Below, in pieces: positions 43,683 to 63,244 of a stretch of DNA of 64,000 nt (positions are counted from its first letter, which is position 1; every line of letters starts with the position of its first letter). The translations under genes were made by a program, and so were the position numbers. The notes under the pieces were generated by a model, which ran no database searches, was not told the DNA's origin, and was given only the letters and a program-made list of their open reading frames with translations. Origin of the DNA: Amoebidium appalachense (lineage: Eukaryota; Protista; Ichthyosporea); contig CAVNZM010000009.1 in assembly GCA_963693365.1 (NCBI GenBank), forward strand, positions 3,784,231-3,848,230, written 5' to 3'.

Positions 43683-45517
43683 TGTTGGAAGTAGAGTCCG
43701 CTGTGACTAGGCCCTCGTCGTGGCGCGCTTGGGCGCTGACCCGTTTTTTTACTGCTTTCAGTGTGTTAACTCCATGACTGAACTCCATGTCTTTACTCCA
43801 TGACTGAACTCCATGTCTGAACTCCATTTCTGCACCTGGCAGAGCCGTGGTTTATATACCCGTGGGGCAGCAGTCTGGAATGTAATCCGGATGCCAGGCG
43901 CTAATCGGATTGGTTACTTTCATTTAGAGATCTCTGGGACCAGTGAACCAATCGTTTGCAGTCAAAACACAATTGGCAACATTCCTCAACTATGCAGATG
44001 TGCATGTGGTGATCGAGTGTCAGCGTGTGTCTGTGTACACGGAACCAATTGTAAAGCTAACATACACATATTGTGGAGTGAGCGTAAGTCTGCACTCCAA
44101 CACCCCTACCCAATTGGAGAAGTGTACACACCACTAGAGAAGAGAGAGTGAGTGTGGCTGCTTGCAGGGTAGACCGGGGTGTGCATTCCACTGTGGTGCG
44201 TGCCCCGCCAATGAAGTGGAATACTTGACGTTGATGTCGCAGGCTGCTGCGGATGGAGTTTGTGGAAGCGAAAGTCTCTAATGAAGTTAGAGGCCGCGGT
44301 GTCGTGTCTGGGCCCATAACCCTGTTGGAAGTAGAGTCCGCTGTGACTAGGGTCGTCGTGGCGCGCTTGGGCGCTGACCCGTTTTTTACTGCTTTCAGTG
44401 TGTTAACTCCATGACTGAACTCCATGTCTTTACTCCATCACTGAACTCCATGACTGAACTCCATGACTGAACTCCATGACTGAACTCCATGTCTGCACCT
44501 GGCAGAGACGTGGCTTATATACCCGTGGGGCAGCAGTCTGGAATGTAATCCGGATGCCAGGCGCTAATCGGATTGGTTACTTTCATTTAGATATCTCTGG
44601 GACCAGTGAACCAATCGTTTGCAGTCAAAACACAATTGGCAACATTCCTCAACTATGCAGATGTGCATGTGGTGATCGAGTGTCAGCATGTGTCTATGTA
44701 CACGGAACCAATTGTAAAGCTAACATACACATATAGTGGAGTGAGCGTAAGTCTGCACTCCAACACCCCTACCCAATTGGAGAAGTGTACACACCACTAG
44801 AGAAGAGAGAGTGAGTGTGGCTGCTTGCAGGGTAGACCGGGGTGTGCATTCCACTGTGGTGCGTGCCCCGCCAATGAAGTGGAATACTTGACGTTGATGT
44901 CGCAGGCTGCTGCGGATGGAGTTTGTGGAAGCGAAAGTCTCTACTTCACGGAAATACGCTCGCGGGTGTAGGGTACAGCCTAGAAGTCGGTTTCTGGGCT
45001 CCTCCGTTCAAGGCGTCGTAGGGGACGTGAAGTTAGAGGCCGCGGTGTCGTGTCTGGGCCCATAACCCTGTTGGAAGTAGAGTCCGCTGTGACTAGGCCC
45101 TCGTCGTGGCGCGCTTGGGCGCTGACCCGTTTTTTTTTACTGCTTTCAGTGTGTTAACTCCATGACTGAACTCCATGTCTTTACTCCATCACTGAACTCC
45201 ATGACTGAACTCCATGACTGAACTCCATGACTGAACTCCATGTCTGCACCTGGCAGAGACGTGGCTTATATACCCGTGGGGCAGCAGTCTGGAATGTAAT
45301 CCGGATGCCAGGCGCTAATCGGATTGGTTACTTTCATTTAGATATCTCTGGGACCAGTGAACCAATCGTTTGCAGTCAAAACACAATTGGCAACATTCCT
45401 CAACTATGCAGATGTGCATGTGGTGATCGAGTGTCAGCATGTGTCTATGTACACGGAACCAATTGTAAAGCTAACATACACATATAGTGGAGTGAGCGTA
45501 AGTCTGCACTCCAACAC
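43683..45517. repeat. Tandem repeat of ~640-750 bp units, ~2.6 copies, with internal 13 bp CCATGACTGAACT sub-repeats
   Basis: TGTTGGAAGTAGAGTCCGCTGTGACTAGG starts units at about 43683, 44323 and 45069. Confidence 0.92.
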
Positions 45518-45780
45518 TTAGACCTTAGGAACTCAGCCTGAAGTTTCAAAAAGTTCTGGGTCCTGCTGGTCAGGGGCCTGGGCGGGGGGGAGGGAGGGAG
45601 GGAGGGGGGTGGGGGTGAGAGGGGGGAAGGGGTGGGGGGGGAGGAGGAGAGGGGGGAAGGGCTGGGGGGGGGGGGGGGGGGGTGTGCTGGGGAAGGGGGC
45701 TGGGGGGAGGGGGGAGGGGGGGATTCGGGGGGAGGGTGGTGGTGGTGGTGGTGGTGGTTATGGTGGTTGTGTGTGTGTGT

Positions 45781-45813
<33 letters not shown>

Positions 45814-46479
45814 GGGGGGTAGTGGGCAAGTAGGTGAGGGAGAATGGGGTGGACCACTCGTATGTGTGTGTGGGGAAGGGTGTGAGGGGGGGAGGAGGGA
45901 TGGGTGGGTGAACCGTGCACGTCACAGCGTCATTGAGTGGGGGCCAGAAGGGGTGGGGCAGGGGGGGGGGAAGGGGCCGATGATCCCGTGTGTGTTTGTT
46001 GGGGGAGGAGGGGAGGTGGGGTGGGGGGGAGAAATGGGGGCGCGGGGGGTGGGGGAGAGGGCTTGGGGGGGGGGGGGGGGGGGGGGAGGGGGAGGGGGGG
46101 GGGAGGAGGTTTCAGCCCCGCCTTCTAAATCTGCAAACTTTAAGTAAAATTTTAAAGTTTACGGTGAACTCAACCGAAACTTGCCAGAGTCACTGAGACG
46201 ATGGGATTCCAGCAAAATTAGTCACTGATCTGGCAGTAATGTCTCGTGGCTGCGACGTAGATTTAGGCACTAGTCCCCGTTCCGACCACCCCCGGGGGGG
46301 GGGGGGGGGGGGGGGGAGGGGGGGAGGGGGAGGGCGGAGGGGGAGAGGGAGAAAGAGAAAGAGACACACTGGGAGTTGAAGAGAATAAGTGGGGGGGAAG
46401 GAGGGAAGGGAGGGAAGGCTGGACGGGAGCCGAGGGGAGGGAAGGGAGAGGGGAGGAGGGGGGGAGGGGAGGGGGGGGG

Positions 46480-46511
<32 letters not shown>

Positions 46512-46672
46512 ATGCAACCCGTGAGTACTAGTACCCAGCCACAATAACACTATGGCTTTATACTTACTGTACTTGAAGAAGAACTCCGATTTCAGGGATT
46601 CTTGATTTTACAATGCTCGGGGAGAGGGGGGAGGATCCGGAGGCGGAGGGGGGGGTGGGTGGGTGGTTTTGT

Positions 46673-46705
<33 letters not shown>

Positions 46706-48079
46706 TGGTATAATAGCAAATATCGACGTTTTACCTCAGTAGTGGCTCCCCCCTCCCTCCTTGCTCAACCCTCCCTGAGGCTCTCCCACCCCATAGGGAG
46801 CCAGGGGAGGGAGGGGGGTTGGGGGGAAGGGGGGGGGGAGGGGGCATTGAGGGGGACGGACCCGCCACCCCAGGCCTCCCTGTCAACCTTTGCAGTGAAT
46901 TTTCCAAGATATTTTTACTAGAACGTCTCCCTAGACGTTTCGAAAATGCCACCTAATCTTGTTCGATGGGGAGTTCCGTGCCTTCTTTTCTAATTTTCAA
47001 AACATTTTTTGGCCAAAGTTTAGGTGGTTGAGGGGTGGTTTCTCTACACTGAAACGTGCTCTAATAGTATGCTGAATATCTCCACCGAGCTTTGCTTGAG
47101 TCAGTCGACTCTGAGCTTCCACGCTCACGCATGCTCCCTCCCCCCCTCCCCCCCCCCCCCCCCCCCTCCCTCTATCTCTTCCCACATCCCCTGCCTGGGG
47201 ATGGGAGAGCCTCAGAATGGGCTGAATTTTCGAAGGGGTTCAAGGAGGTGGGGGGGAGGGGGTGCCTGAGGGAAAGCTTCGATATTTTGCTACTATATCT
47301 CCCCCCCCCCCCCCCCCCCTCCCTGCCCCCCCCTCTTCCCCCTCCTCCCCCCTCCCCGCTTCCCCCTGGGGATGCAAACACGCACACTAGTACTGACCCT
47401 GCCCACTACATTTTCAAAGCATTTTCTGACCACTGATTCGTTTTCTGCACATGAACATTGGTTCCCTCAAAATCAAATTTCAGGCTGTTTGCCATTTTTG
47501 GATAATCCGTAAACCCCCCCCCCCCTTCCTCCCCTCCCCCCCCCCCCCCCCCTCCCCCGCCCCCTGTTTACATCGTGACGAAGGGTTTATGGGGGCAGTA
47601 CTTTGACCTCCTCTTGCTGCCTGAAACATGTAAGAAGAAAAGAAGAAAAAAGAAGAAAAGAAGAAGAAGAAGAAGAAGAAAAAAACATGTAAGCCTTACA
47701 TCGTCTAAGGCCATGATAGTTGAGAAGGATTTCTTTTTTTCCCAGTCAAAGTTTTTTACATACAGGGCAGGGTGACTAATGTTAAGATAAACTATTGAAT
47801 TTGAAATTAAGATGAATGGTTCCTTTTTTTTTTCCCCCCTCAAAATTTAAGATTATAGGGTCTACCAAACCCGGGTGGATATTTAAGATCTCCGGGGGGA
47901 AGGGGGGGGAGGGGGGGGGAGGGGAGGGGGGGAGGGGGGGGGGGGGGGGGGGATGTTGAACAGAACAAGGGGCCGGTTAATAGTGGCTGTTTTGCCAAGG
48001 TGTCGGAGAATGATATGCATTGCTAACGCTACACCACTCTCACCGCCCTGATTGTCTTCACCTCTAACTGAGTGTTCCA

Positions 48080-48116
<37 letters not shown>

Positions 48117-49094
48117 GTTGAAGGGTGGGAGGGAATTCGAACCACCAACTCTGTTGAAGGGGGTTGTTGGGGGTGGGTGGGGGGGAGTGTCATCTACACA
48201 TGGATAACGGCAAGAACTTAGAAGTTGAGTTACACATAGGTTTATTAGTTTGTTGTTGTTCGTTTCCTTTTCCCGTTTCCTTTCTTTCTTTCTCGTTTCC
48301 GTGTGAACAGACATTGTTGATCTGTGTACACACCGGGCCAGGTGCACCGGGCCACCTGGCCCATGTACGTGTATTGTTGTTTGCGTCTTTTACCTCTCTC
48401 CAATACTAAATTTACATGGTGCGTACGTGTCCGATAGTTGTCTAATCAGAAATCTCGTTTAATTTCCCCAAATATAGCCTGAAACGTACATTCCTCCTTT
48501 ATTCCTCTCGGTTCTTTTCCCATTCCATTCCTTTCTATCCTCATTCCTTTTCCTTCTTTTCCCACGACGTAGAATTGCTCTATGTTCCCCAGCTATTAGG
48601 AATACTTATATATAGACGTGTTTATATTAGGAACATGTATCGTTGAAATATATGATGTGAACTAATAGATATATAAATGGTTTCATTTATTTAGCTTTGG
48701 TAAATGTTTCCGTGCTTTTATTAGATGATTATTTTTATCTTCTATGTGTCGACAGGTATTTCGATTTATTTGCCCTCATAGTTTTTGTTCATTTGATTGG
48801 CTTAGCCTACATACACATCTCTGCGTATAAAAAGGACTTCATCTCGAATTAAATATCAAGCAGTTGAAAGCAGTTCAAACCGTCTCAGAAACCGTTCCAC
48901 CCCTCCGGTTGTCTTTTCCTGTGTGTCCGTGTGTTGTGTATATCATAACACCCATTTGTGCACTCTGCTTCTCCGTTGCGACCCACACAAAACAACAGGG
49001 AGGGGGGGGGGGGGGGGGGGGGGACCCACCACCCATATGCATATGTATGGGAAAGATCCTCCCCTATCCCCTCCCCTCCCCTCCCCCCTCCCCC

Positions 49095-49133
<39 letters not shown>

Positions 49134-50149
49134 CCCCCCACCCAAACCGAAGGCCCCAAGGAACCCACCAACGACTGAAATTGGTCACTATTCATATAGA
49201 ACACAGATGTCGATATTGGCAGGCTTAGAACTTTGTACCGTCTTTAAAGGTCAGGCTACAATGTCATGCTTATTACAGCGTCCGGCACTAGCCATTGTCC
49301 CCCCCTCCCCCCCCCTCCCCTCCCCCCCCCCCCCCCCAAAAAAAAAAAAAAAATGTGGGGAGGGAGGGGGCGGGGGTTTCAGGATTTCAATACTTACTAC
49401 TACTGCGGCTTTCCGATGCACTGCAATCCAAAGCCAAAACCCTTATACATGCGATAGGCACGGGTATAGCACATAAATATTTAAGTGACGTGCGTGCACA
49501 AGAACATGTTGCTCGTGCACAAACAGACTGAGCTAAACTCACGGAAAACCAGATCATCAGTACTTACATTACACGATTAATCTAGCAGCTCGGAAAAATC
49601 CCCCTTCAAAGCGGGCCAACAGCAAAGCTTACCAACAAGGCCTCCAGTGTTTCCTGGTGAAAGTTTTCCTATGGCATCCCTTCCCCTTCCCCCCCCCCCC
49701 CCCCCCCCCCCCGCTCTCCCCCCCCCCCCCCCCCCAAAAAAAAAAAACAAAAACAAAAAAAAAAAAACATATAAAACATACTATCCCCGGGTGCGATTGC
49801 AGATCATCTCGCTCTCCCTTTAAGCCACCCACTCACCTATCATATTTGCCGATCAGCGCTTAGCCTAACTTTCGACTGCGGGTTGAAACGTTATAAAATC
49901 CGAGTCACCGTGATGTGCTCGTGTACATACACTGTGTATAATAATGCCCTCCACCCCCCTCCCCCCTCCCCCCCCTCCCCCCCCCCCCCACTTCCAAGTT
50001 GCTACTCCGGGAAATACTTAACCTATACTGTAACCTCCCCTTTACCCCCTCCCCCCCAACCCTGCATATTCAAATCAGCCTTCCCTTGCACCTGCACCGC
50101 CACAACTGGCCCGCGATGACCAGCCGGGCGTGAAACGTGTATATACACG

Positions 50150-51190
<1,041 letters not shown>

Positions 51191-52230
51191 AATTTGGTGG
51201 GGGGAGGGGGGGGGGGGGGGGAGGAGGAGAGGGCGGGAGCTCCCAAGAGCAAGAGCAAGCGAGGGAGGGCGGCGGGGGGGGGGGGGGGGGGGGGGGAGGA
51301 GGGGGGAGCCAGTGGGGTATCAGGAAGTTCACCCCGTGACAGTCACCACCGGACATGAACAAGCATGCATATGCATAGGAGTATTGGTATTCGTATCACT
51401 GACTGAAGGCTTTTTCCCCATGGCCACGTGGCACCATGACCTATTTATTAAATAGGTCAATTGCAACTTCCTGTCAGTGACGCTTGCATGGGGTTTGCAA
51501 CACTTTTGAAGTGCATGCGCATGTGTCCCCGGACTGTCACAGGGTTTACACATCCCCAGACACTCGAGCTCGGAAGGCTTCCGGATGCCCGGAGCCGCCG
51601 GAGCGTCCGAGAGCAGTCGACTCTCCGGAGGAACTTACACGGCAGCCCACGGCACTTTCAAATCCCCACAAACCCACGCCTGTTTATTTTTTTAAAAATA
51701 GCGCACCGTGTCAACTCAGTGGTCACTGGCGAGTGGCGAATCAACGGTCACGTGGCAGAACGTGATGGGCTGTAATTACACGCCTTATACGGTGCATGCC
51801 TGTGCTGGTCCACCAAATTGTTTACATAAATAGTAAGGAGGTCTACTGGTGCACCTATAATTAGTACCGCTTAGGACATGTGGGGTGCCCCATTTTGGAG
51901 CTCCACCCGTGACATATGCATGTACAACCGTATCGATGGTCCAGATCATCGTGTCAGTCGACGTCGGCGAATCATGATGCAGACAAGTTCTGAGGTACTG
52001 ACTCAGTAATGTGTAATAGATCACGTATCTTAGTTTAGCCACCGCTCGAAACAAGAGACTTGCCGCAGCGTGCGTGTATGTATTTTTGTCATGAAAATAC
52101 AACATACTGGCATATGAAAGACTCTGTATCTCTCTGTGCAGCTGTTTTGAACGACCCTTGTACATGCACGTACATGCGAAGCTGCAGCCCGGCGTCACCA
52201 GGTGCTGAGCTTGGCCGAATAATCCCCCCT

Positions 52231-52276
<46 letters not shown>

Positions 52277-53885
52277 GGCCTCCCCCGTGTACACTTTGTA
52301 AAATATAAACACATAAACTTTGTAAATAGATAGTATAATGCACAGGGCTTTTTTCTTAGTTTATGAACCACTTTACCGTAGAAGACAAAAAAAATATCCG
52401 GTGTCAGAGTGTGGGTGACAGAGAGACTGAAAGTTTAGCCCGGGTCTGGGGTGAACGCCAATAAACTGTGCCAATCAGAGGCTCTTTGGTTAGTCGGTCT
52501 GATGATTGGTACTTTTTATCCCCCTGCATACCAAAACTTGCAAGGTGTCATAAATTTATGATAAGTGTGACGGTTACCTGTAACTAAAAATCGTATAGCT
52601 GTATACTATAACTATATCACATATATGATGTTGCATATTTAGAGGCTGCTTTTGATTCCAACCACGGCACGTTTTTGGACGTTGAAAACACAAAACAGCG
52701 GCTCCGTAGAAGGTTTTGTTGAGAATTGCTTACTGCTAAACCATTCGTTCCAAGTCACACGTTTATTTTAACAAATACCAAACAAGAATAAGAATGATCT
52801 GTGATTGGTAGACTTGCGTGTTTGGCTAATTGATTGGCCTCCCTGGAAAAGGCGGCAATCAATCAAAACATTCTTCGGAAGGTGATTCCTCGATTATATG
52901 CTACCTCCTTATTAGCAGTGATAACTTCAAGTAAGTTGGCAAAAACTTGTAACAGAGACATACAAAAATACCAGCAGCTTAGACCCAAATGCATCAAGAA
53001 AAAAACCAATTACATGTACGAGGACAAAACTTAAGCTCTCCACAATAATAAATACTATTTTGGTCATCCATAATTCAAGATGCATCGCCTGGTGGATAAT
53101 GTTTATACTATCGAGGATACCATTTTCGATTTTGTTCCTTTTGTCGCGGTGCGTTCCACAAAAAGCATCGTTCCCTCTGCTATCGAAACCCACATGCAGA
53201 GAATATACACGGGGGCCCACTTACTACTATAATAATGACATATCGCCCCAGTGTCTTGTATTATCTACTATAGTGTGCACTATTATTTCATACTCAGGTT
53301 GCATACATACATGCACGTGCATTTTTCCTTCCAACACCGCCGTAACTGTTTACGTAGTGCATACGAGAACTGGTGTTATGTCACATAGATAAACACGCAC
53401 ACCTGACAGTGACATGGTTTCACGTTTTTAGCCACGATTTATTGTTTTTTTACACCAAGTCGTTCGGTAAAACCTCGTGGTTTACTCCTTACCTATTGAG
53501 CCACGACTGCTTTTAGTAGCAGAAAAGCATTCCCAGCTACTCAGCGCGTGGGCTTTTGTTTACATGGTTTTGTTCGAAAAGTTTCTCAAAGGCTGAACAT
53601 CGATATTTTTCATCTTCGCTGCCCGAGGTTTATAGATGCCATTTTTTGGGCAGACGGATCCTACTGCGTAAGATCCCGTAAAAATAATTGCTCTTTCACA
53701 ACCCCGCTGGCACAATCGGATCACCTGAAGTGATGAACATCTGCAAAGTTCTCTTCTAGCGCGTAGAGAACACCAGCGAACCTTCGATAAGTGTGATCAA
53801 GCATAAATATTTCCTGCCGGGCCCCTTTAACGTATCCCCACATCATAAAAACCCAAAGTCCAGTCACCATCACCCAAACATTACG

Positions 53886-54919
53886 ATGATGTGTGTGCAG
53901 TCCGTAACCCCCGCACCATTGGGCACCAACAGCCTCAACCTCAACCTAGAAGACTGTATGGACTTGCAGCAATTCGAGCAGCTATGCAACCAACTCATTA
54001 GCCAGCCCGGAGATGAGGTATGCTAAAAGCACATAAAACATGAATCCATCCCCCCCCCCCCCTCCCCCCCCCTTAACACCACCACCACCACTCCCGCCAT
54101 TTCCATCACCTCTCCTCCAACCATTATTTTCCTCTCCTACTCGTTTCAATCTTTTTCTTCCCTAATCCCCCCGCCCCTCCTCCCTCACATACACATACAC
54201 CCCTCCCTTACCACCACCACCATCGCCATCACCACCATCAGCTCAACTGCTACCCACTCTCTTCCCAACTCCGATTTTAGTATTATACAAACCCTTGTAG
54301 GAGTCCCGTGTGTTCTTTCATCTTCCAGCTTGCATACGAAACCAATCCCAAGAATTGATAACCATATACAATTATAGTATCAATTGCTTCCGTAACTTAC
54401 ATAGTCACTTTTCTCCATCTTGCAGCTCGAAGAAACCTTGGAAGAAGGAGGGGATCCCACCCCAACCCCCTCCCTCTCTACCGGCGCTTCAACATGCAAC
54501 GGCAGCCCCCCCTACTCCCCCACCGACCCTTGCCCGTGCTGCTACCCAGCCACCCCCGTTCCTATTCGGGCCACATCCGCCCACGGCCCAATTTACGGCG
54601 GGGGTTCTTGCGGCTCCTTCTGCAGCCATCCAGCATGTTCGGGGGGGTCTTATGCACAGCCGACGTTTTTCCCTCCCGAACCTGTTTGCCCTTATCCAGG
54701 CTGCACTTACAACCACGCAGAAGGCCCCTCTCCATACTCCATGGGTCATCACATCCCCGCCCATCCCTTCAGCGCACATGCCGCAGCTCATCCTTTCAGC
54801 TACCACATGGGGAGCCAAGCAGGACATGGGTACCACGCCCATCCCGATGTTAGATCCTCAAGTGCGTACCCATGGGCCGGACCTGTAGCTCGACGCCATT
54901 CACTTCCAGGTGTGCATAT

Positions 54920-54968
<49 letters not shown>

Positions 54969-55729
54969 TCCCCCCGCCCTGTACCCGTTCCCCCTTGCGC
55001 AGAGTACATGTGTGTGCTCTGAGAGCATTTGATATTGTGTTGTCCGTCATGAACGTGTACTTAGTACTCTGTAATGCGATCTAACCCCCCCCCCTCCCTC
55101 CGTCCCCTTCCAACCATCCGTGCAGGAGGTTTGGGATGGGGGGAGGGGCAAGGAAGGGGGGGGGGGGGGGGGGGGAGGGGGGGATAGAGGGAGGGAAACT
55201 TGAGGGGGGGATTTAAACATGATCGCTTTGTCGATACAGTCCGTGTCTATTCGTGCTTCATTGCCAGCACGTTTACACATCAGACCGTTATAACCCCCCC
55301 TCCCCCCCCCCCCCCCCCCCAAAAAAAAAAAAAAAAAAAAAAAAGATAGAAAGAAAGACAATCACTTACCCCAATATTTTCACAGTGGGCATGTCAGCAG
55401 CTCAAATGTCATCGCTCTCCGTATCCAAAGTCCCATCGATCCCCACCGGACCAATTTACGGCCCAAGTCTCTCCTCGGTGCTCGGAAACGCAGTGATGGC
55501 AACGGCCGGGAAGAGCGCAAATTCGGGAGGTATCATGAAGCCCGGCCACAAATCTACACACTACATGTGTGGAAGTTGTTTTCAGGTAGGCCATAACAGG
55601 CGCACCTGCCCGAATATTCCTTGCACCCCCTCGAAAATGAAGGGGGAAAAAAACAATAGGGTGATGCGTAGGCAGAGCAGCAGTAGCGTCGACATGATCT
55701 CTGGCCAATCGGATTCGAAGGATAATTAG
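53886..55729 (+). CDS. Three-exon host gene (53886-54017, 54426-54909, 55386-55729), 319 aa low-complexity protein with a CCHC zinc knuckle
   Basis: GT-AG introns with matching phases (0 and 1) give one open frame; CGSCFQVGHNRRTC in the last exon. Confidence 0.75.
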
Positions 55730-56190
55730 ATATGGGCGAAGGCGGAGCTCGTCGATTCCCCCTAGATTCCTTGGGTGGGTTGGAATGCAAAAGACCCCCC
55801 CCCTCTCTCTCCAATTTACGTCATCAGGAAGAGGTAAATGGGTGTGAGTTTTTTGTGTGTAAAATCATGTTGTTGCGGTGTTCATGTTGTGGAATAAAGC
55901 GTAATGTTCAACTTTTGACCCTTCGTAAAGCCACATCGGTTGCCCCATAGAACCTCGGTTGCATCCTCATTAACCGTATTCCCACACGTACGCTAGATTC
56001 TGTTCATGCTCTTTGCCTCTATGCCAAAGCTAGTAATCGCTGTTGGTCGGTATTGGCGGGCCAGCTGTTACCAGCTATTTGGAAAGTTTATGTCTAATTT
56101 GAAAAAGAGGGGGTTTTTTTGCTCAACTGTTGCCATGTGGCAAGAGTTAAAATGCACACGTTCTGTGGGCGTTGTAATAGGGATACGTCT

Positions 56191-56257
<67 letters not shown>

Positions 56258-57571
56258 AAGCAGTGATGCCGTGGCAATACAAATTTTGTGTATGCTCTTT
56301 TTTTCATAGTATGTGATATATTTAACGTTTTGTACAGCGTGCATGGGTATATCTAAGACTATTCGTCTATGCCAAGATATCTAACACATAATAACCAGAT
56401 AGATATTTTTATTTACAACCCTTTTTGGTACATAATTCCAAGCCTAGAAATTCTTACTCCAGCTGGAGCACGCAGGCAGCAACACACAAAGTCTTAGTAT
56501 ACCAGGAACACTTACTGAAGTTTCCATTATATTGTTGTTGTTTTTAGGCTATCCCGACCCGTGGCCTCATGTTGTAGTATTAGCCATAGAAAACGAGATA
56601 TGTTGCGCAAGGGCAGCTTACTTTTATGCATGTACATGGACTCAAGAATCAGTGCTAGCTTTAGGTTTTTAGGTTTTCCTAGCAGCAAACTAAGGCAGTT
56701 TCCTACTTGCAAATTAATGCAAAACGTATAAGCCGCCGTGACGCTGGCTGGCAAGGCAAAAAGACACGTTGACCCTGGTTGAAATAAAACACAAACAGAA
56801 AACAACTTTCCTATCCGAGATATGTTTTGGTTTCGTCAGCGGGCTTTGCCAGGTAATTGAAATGTTGCCCATTATGACAAATCCCCCCCCCCCTCCCCCC
56901 CCCCCCCCCCCCCTCCCCCTCTCCCCGCGGATTATCTTAGTCCGTAACATAGTATGGGCCGTTATCGTCTGTCTCTCCCTCTGCCCTGGCCGCTACCTCC
57001 GTCGCTTCCTCCCTCTCTGTCTTCCTCCCTCCGTCCTTCACTATGTTGCATTTAGCCCCCTCCCCCCCCCCCCTCCCCCCCCCCCCCCCCCCCCCCCGCT
57101 CTTCTGAATTGTTCAATCCAGATGGCATAAGCTCGCGGTTGGTTATGAGCTTGCCGTATGACTTGCTTTAGTATGCATGAGATGCCCCTACCCTTTCATT
57201 GCATCTTACCCTGGATTGCCGGCACAAGTGTGGTTAGATTTTAAAGGGTTTCTTCTAAACCGATTTATAGGCACTTCCAGGCCAGGCCAAAATGCTCTTT
57301 GATGCATATCTGGCCAATCAGGAAGTGTGACTCTTTTTGGGTAGGGCCTGACCTGGATCCCTAAAGAAACTCCCCATAAACCGGGCTCGCACTAACCATA
57401 CCATACATGGCTATATTTGCAGTGTTTGCATTGGAGGCCGGTACGGACCTTGAGGATGCATCCTTTGCAGCCAATGTGTTTGCCAAGTTGGGGGATGCTG
57501 TGCGTCAGGGGATGGTCAAGGAAAAACTCGTCGATACTGCACTTACGTAAGCAACAACCTTCCCCCCCCCC

Positions 57572-57602
<31 letters not shown>

Positions 57603-57871
57603 ACATCCTCCCCCCTTCCCCCTCCCCCCCACATCCCCCCTCCAGTACTCTTTATAGGCACCCCCTGAGGCTGGGCTTTGGTTATCATCCATATTCTTTA
57701 TGCGTGCTTTGCACTCTGCATTGTACACCCACACACACGGACACACATACACATGCACGAACACTCTCCCCCCGCTTAAATTGTTTGATATTGGGTTTCT
57801 CATTTTTGTGACGTTTTTGTTGTTGCTTTTTGTTGTCTCCTCCATATTTCCAACCCTCTAGCGCATACATC

Positions 57872-57906
<35 letters not shown>

Positions 57907-58614
57907 CCCCACGATCCCCCTCCCCCCGGCCCCCCATACTCTTTTATGTGTGCTGTGCAATCTTCATTGTGTTGTTCGTTTTTACTATGTGCTTTACACT
58001 ATGTAATTCGGCCTCAACCCCTTGCCCCCAATATGTTTAGTGTGCACTCTGCATTATGTTTTCTGTTGTGAATGTGTACTGCATACTCTATAACTCATCC
58101 CCCTCCCCCTCCCCCCCCCCTCCCCCCCCCCCCCCCCCCCCCCCGGGCCCCCCTCCTCCCTCTCTCTCCTTCCCCCACGTCTCCTTTACTTGCCTTCCGC
58201 ACTCGTTCTACTCTCCTCCGGTTAGAGTCCCGGCAAGGTCGGGCTGTTTTTTTTTTAAAAAAAATTCTGAATGATTCTATGTTTGCTTACACGGGTTTCA
58301 TTTGTTTGTAAATACTCACAGGTGGTTATAAGATTTGTTTTTTGAACTGCTGCTCCATGAACGCCCCTGCTCTTTACAGGCCAGGCTGGGTTGACTCACC
58401 TATTGCCCTTGAAAAATGGAGATTGTGCTGGGAATCATGAACGAAAGGTTAAAAGAGTCCAAAGACAAGCTTTTATGGCTCTGTTTAAGTGTTTTCTACC
58501 TGCAAAATTGTTGTGGTTTCTGCTCTTTTTTCCCGTGAGTGCGGAGTTTTGGTTCCTATGCTAATGACTTTTATTAGTTTTTAATGCATATATCCCCCCC
58601 CCCCCCCCCCCCCC

Positions 58615-58730
58615 CAGAATGGATCTCTGCTTATTATGCATACTCTTTGTGTATGGCTTGCCTTCTGCATCGTGTTATCCGTTTGTTCTTCTGTACTTCG
58701 TACTTTTTGACGCATTCAAACCCCCCCCCC
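58615..58730 (+). repeat. ~110 bp dispersed repeat; second copy at ~63815-63920
   Basis: CTCTGCTTATTATGCATACTCTTT...TTTTTGACGCATTCAAACCCC occurs twice; weaker relatives at ~57661 and ~61940. Confidence 0.8.
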
Positions 58731-58790
58731 CAGAAAACGCACATACACAGTGCACACATTCACACAAGCACACACACAAACCTAAACACA

Positions 58791-58830
<40 letters not shown>

Positions 58831-58914
58831 ACACACACCTGCCCCCCTTCCCCTCCCCTCCCCCCCACCCCCCCTCCCCCCCCTCACACACACATCTCTT
58901 TGCACCAATTATAG

Positions 58915-63244
<4,330 letters not shown>

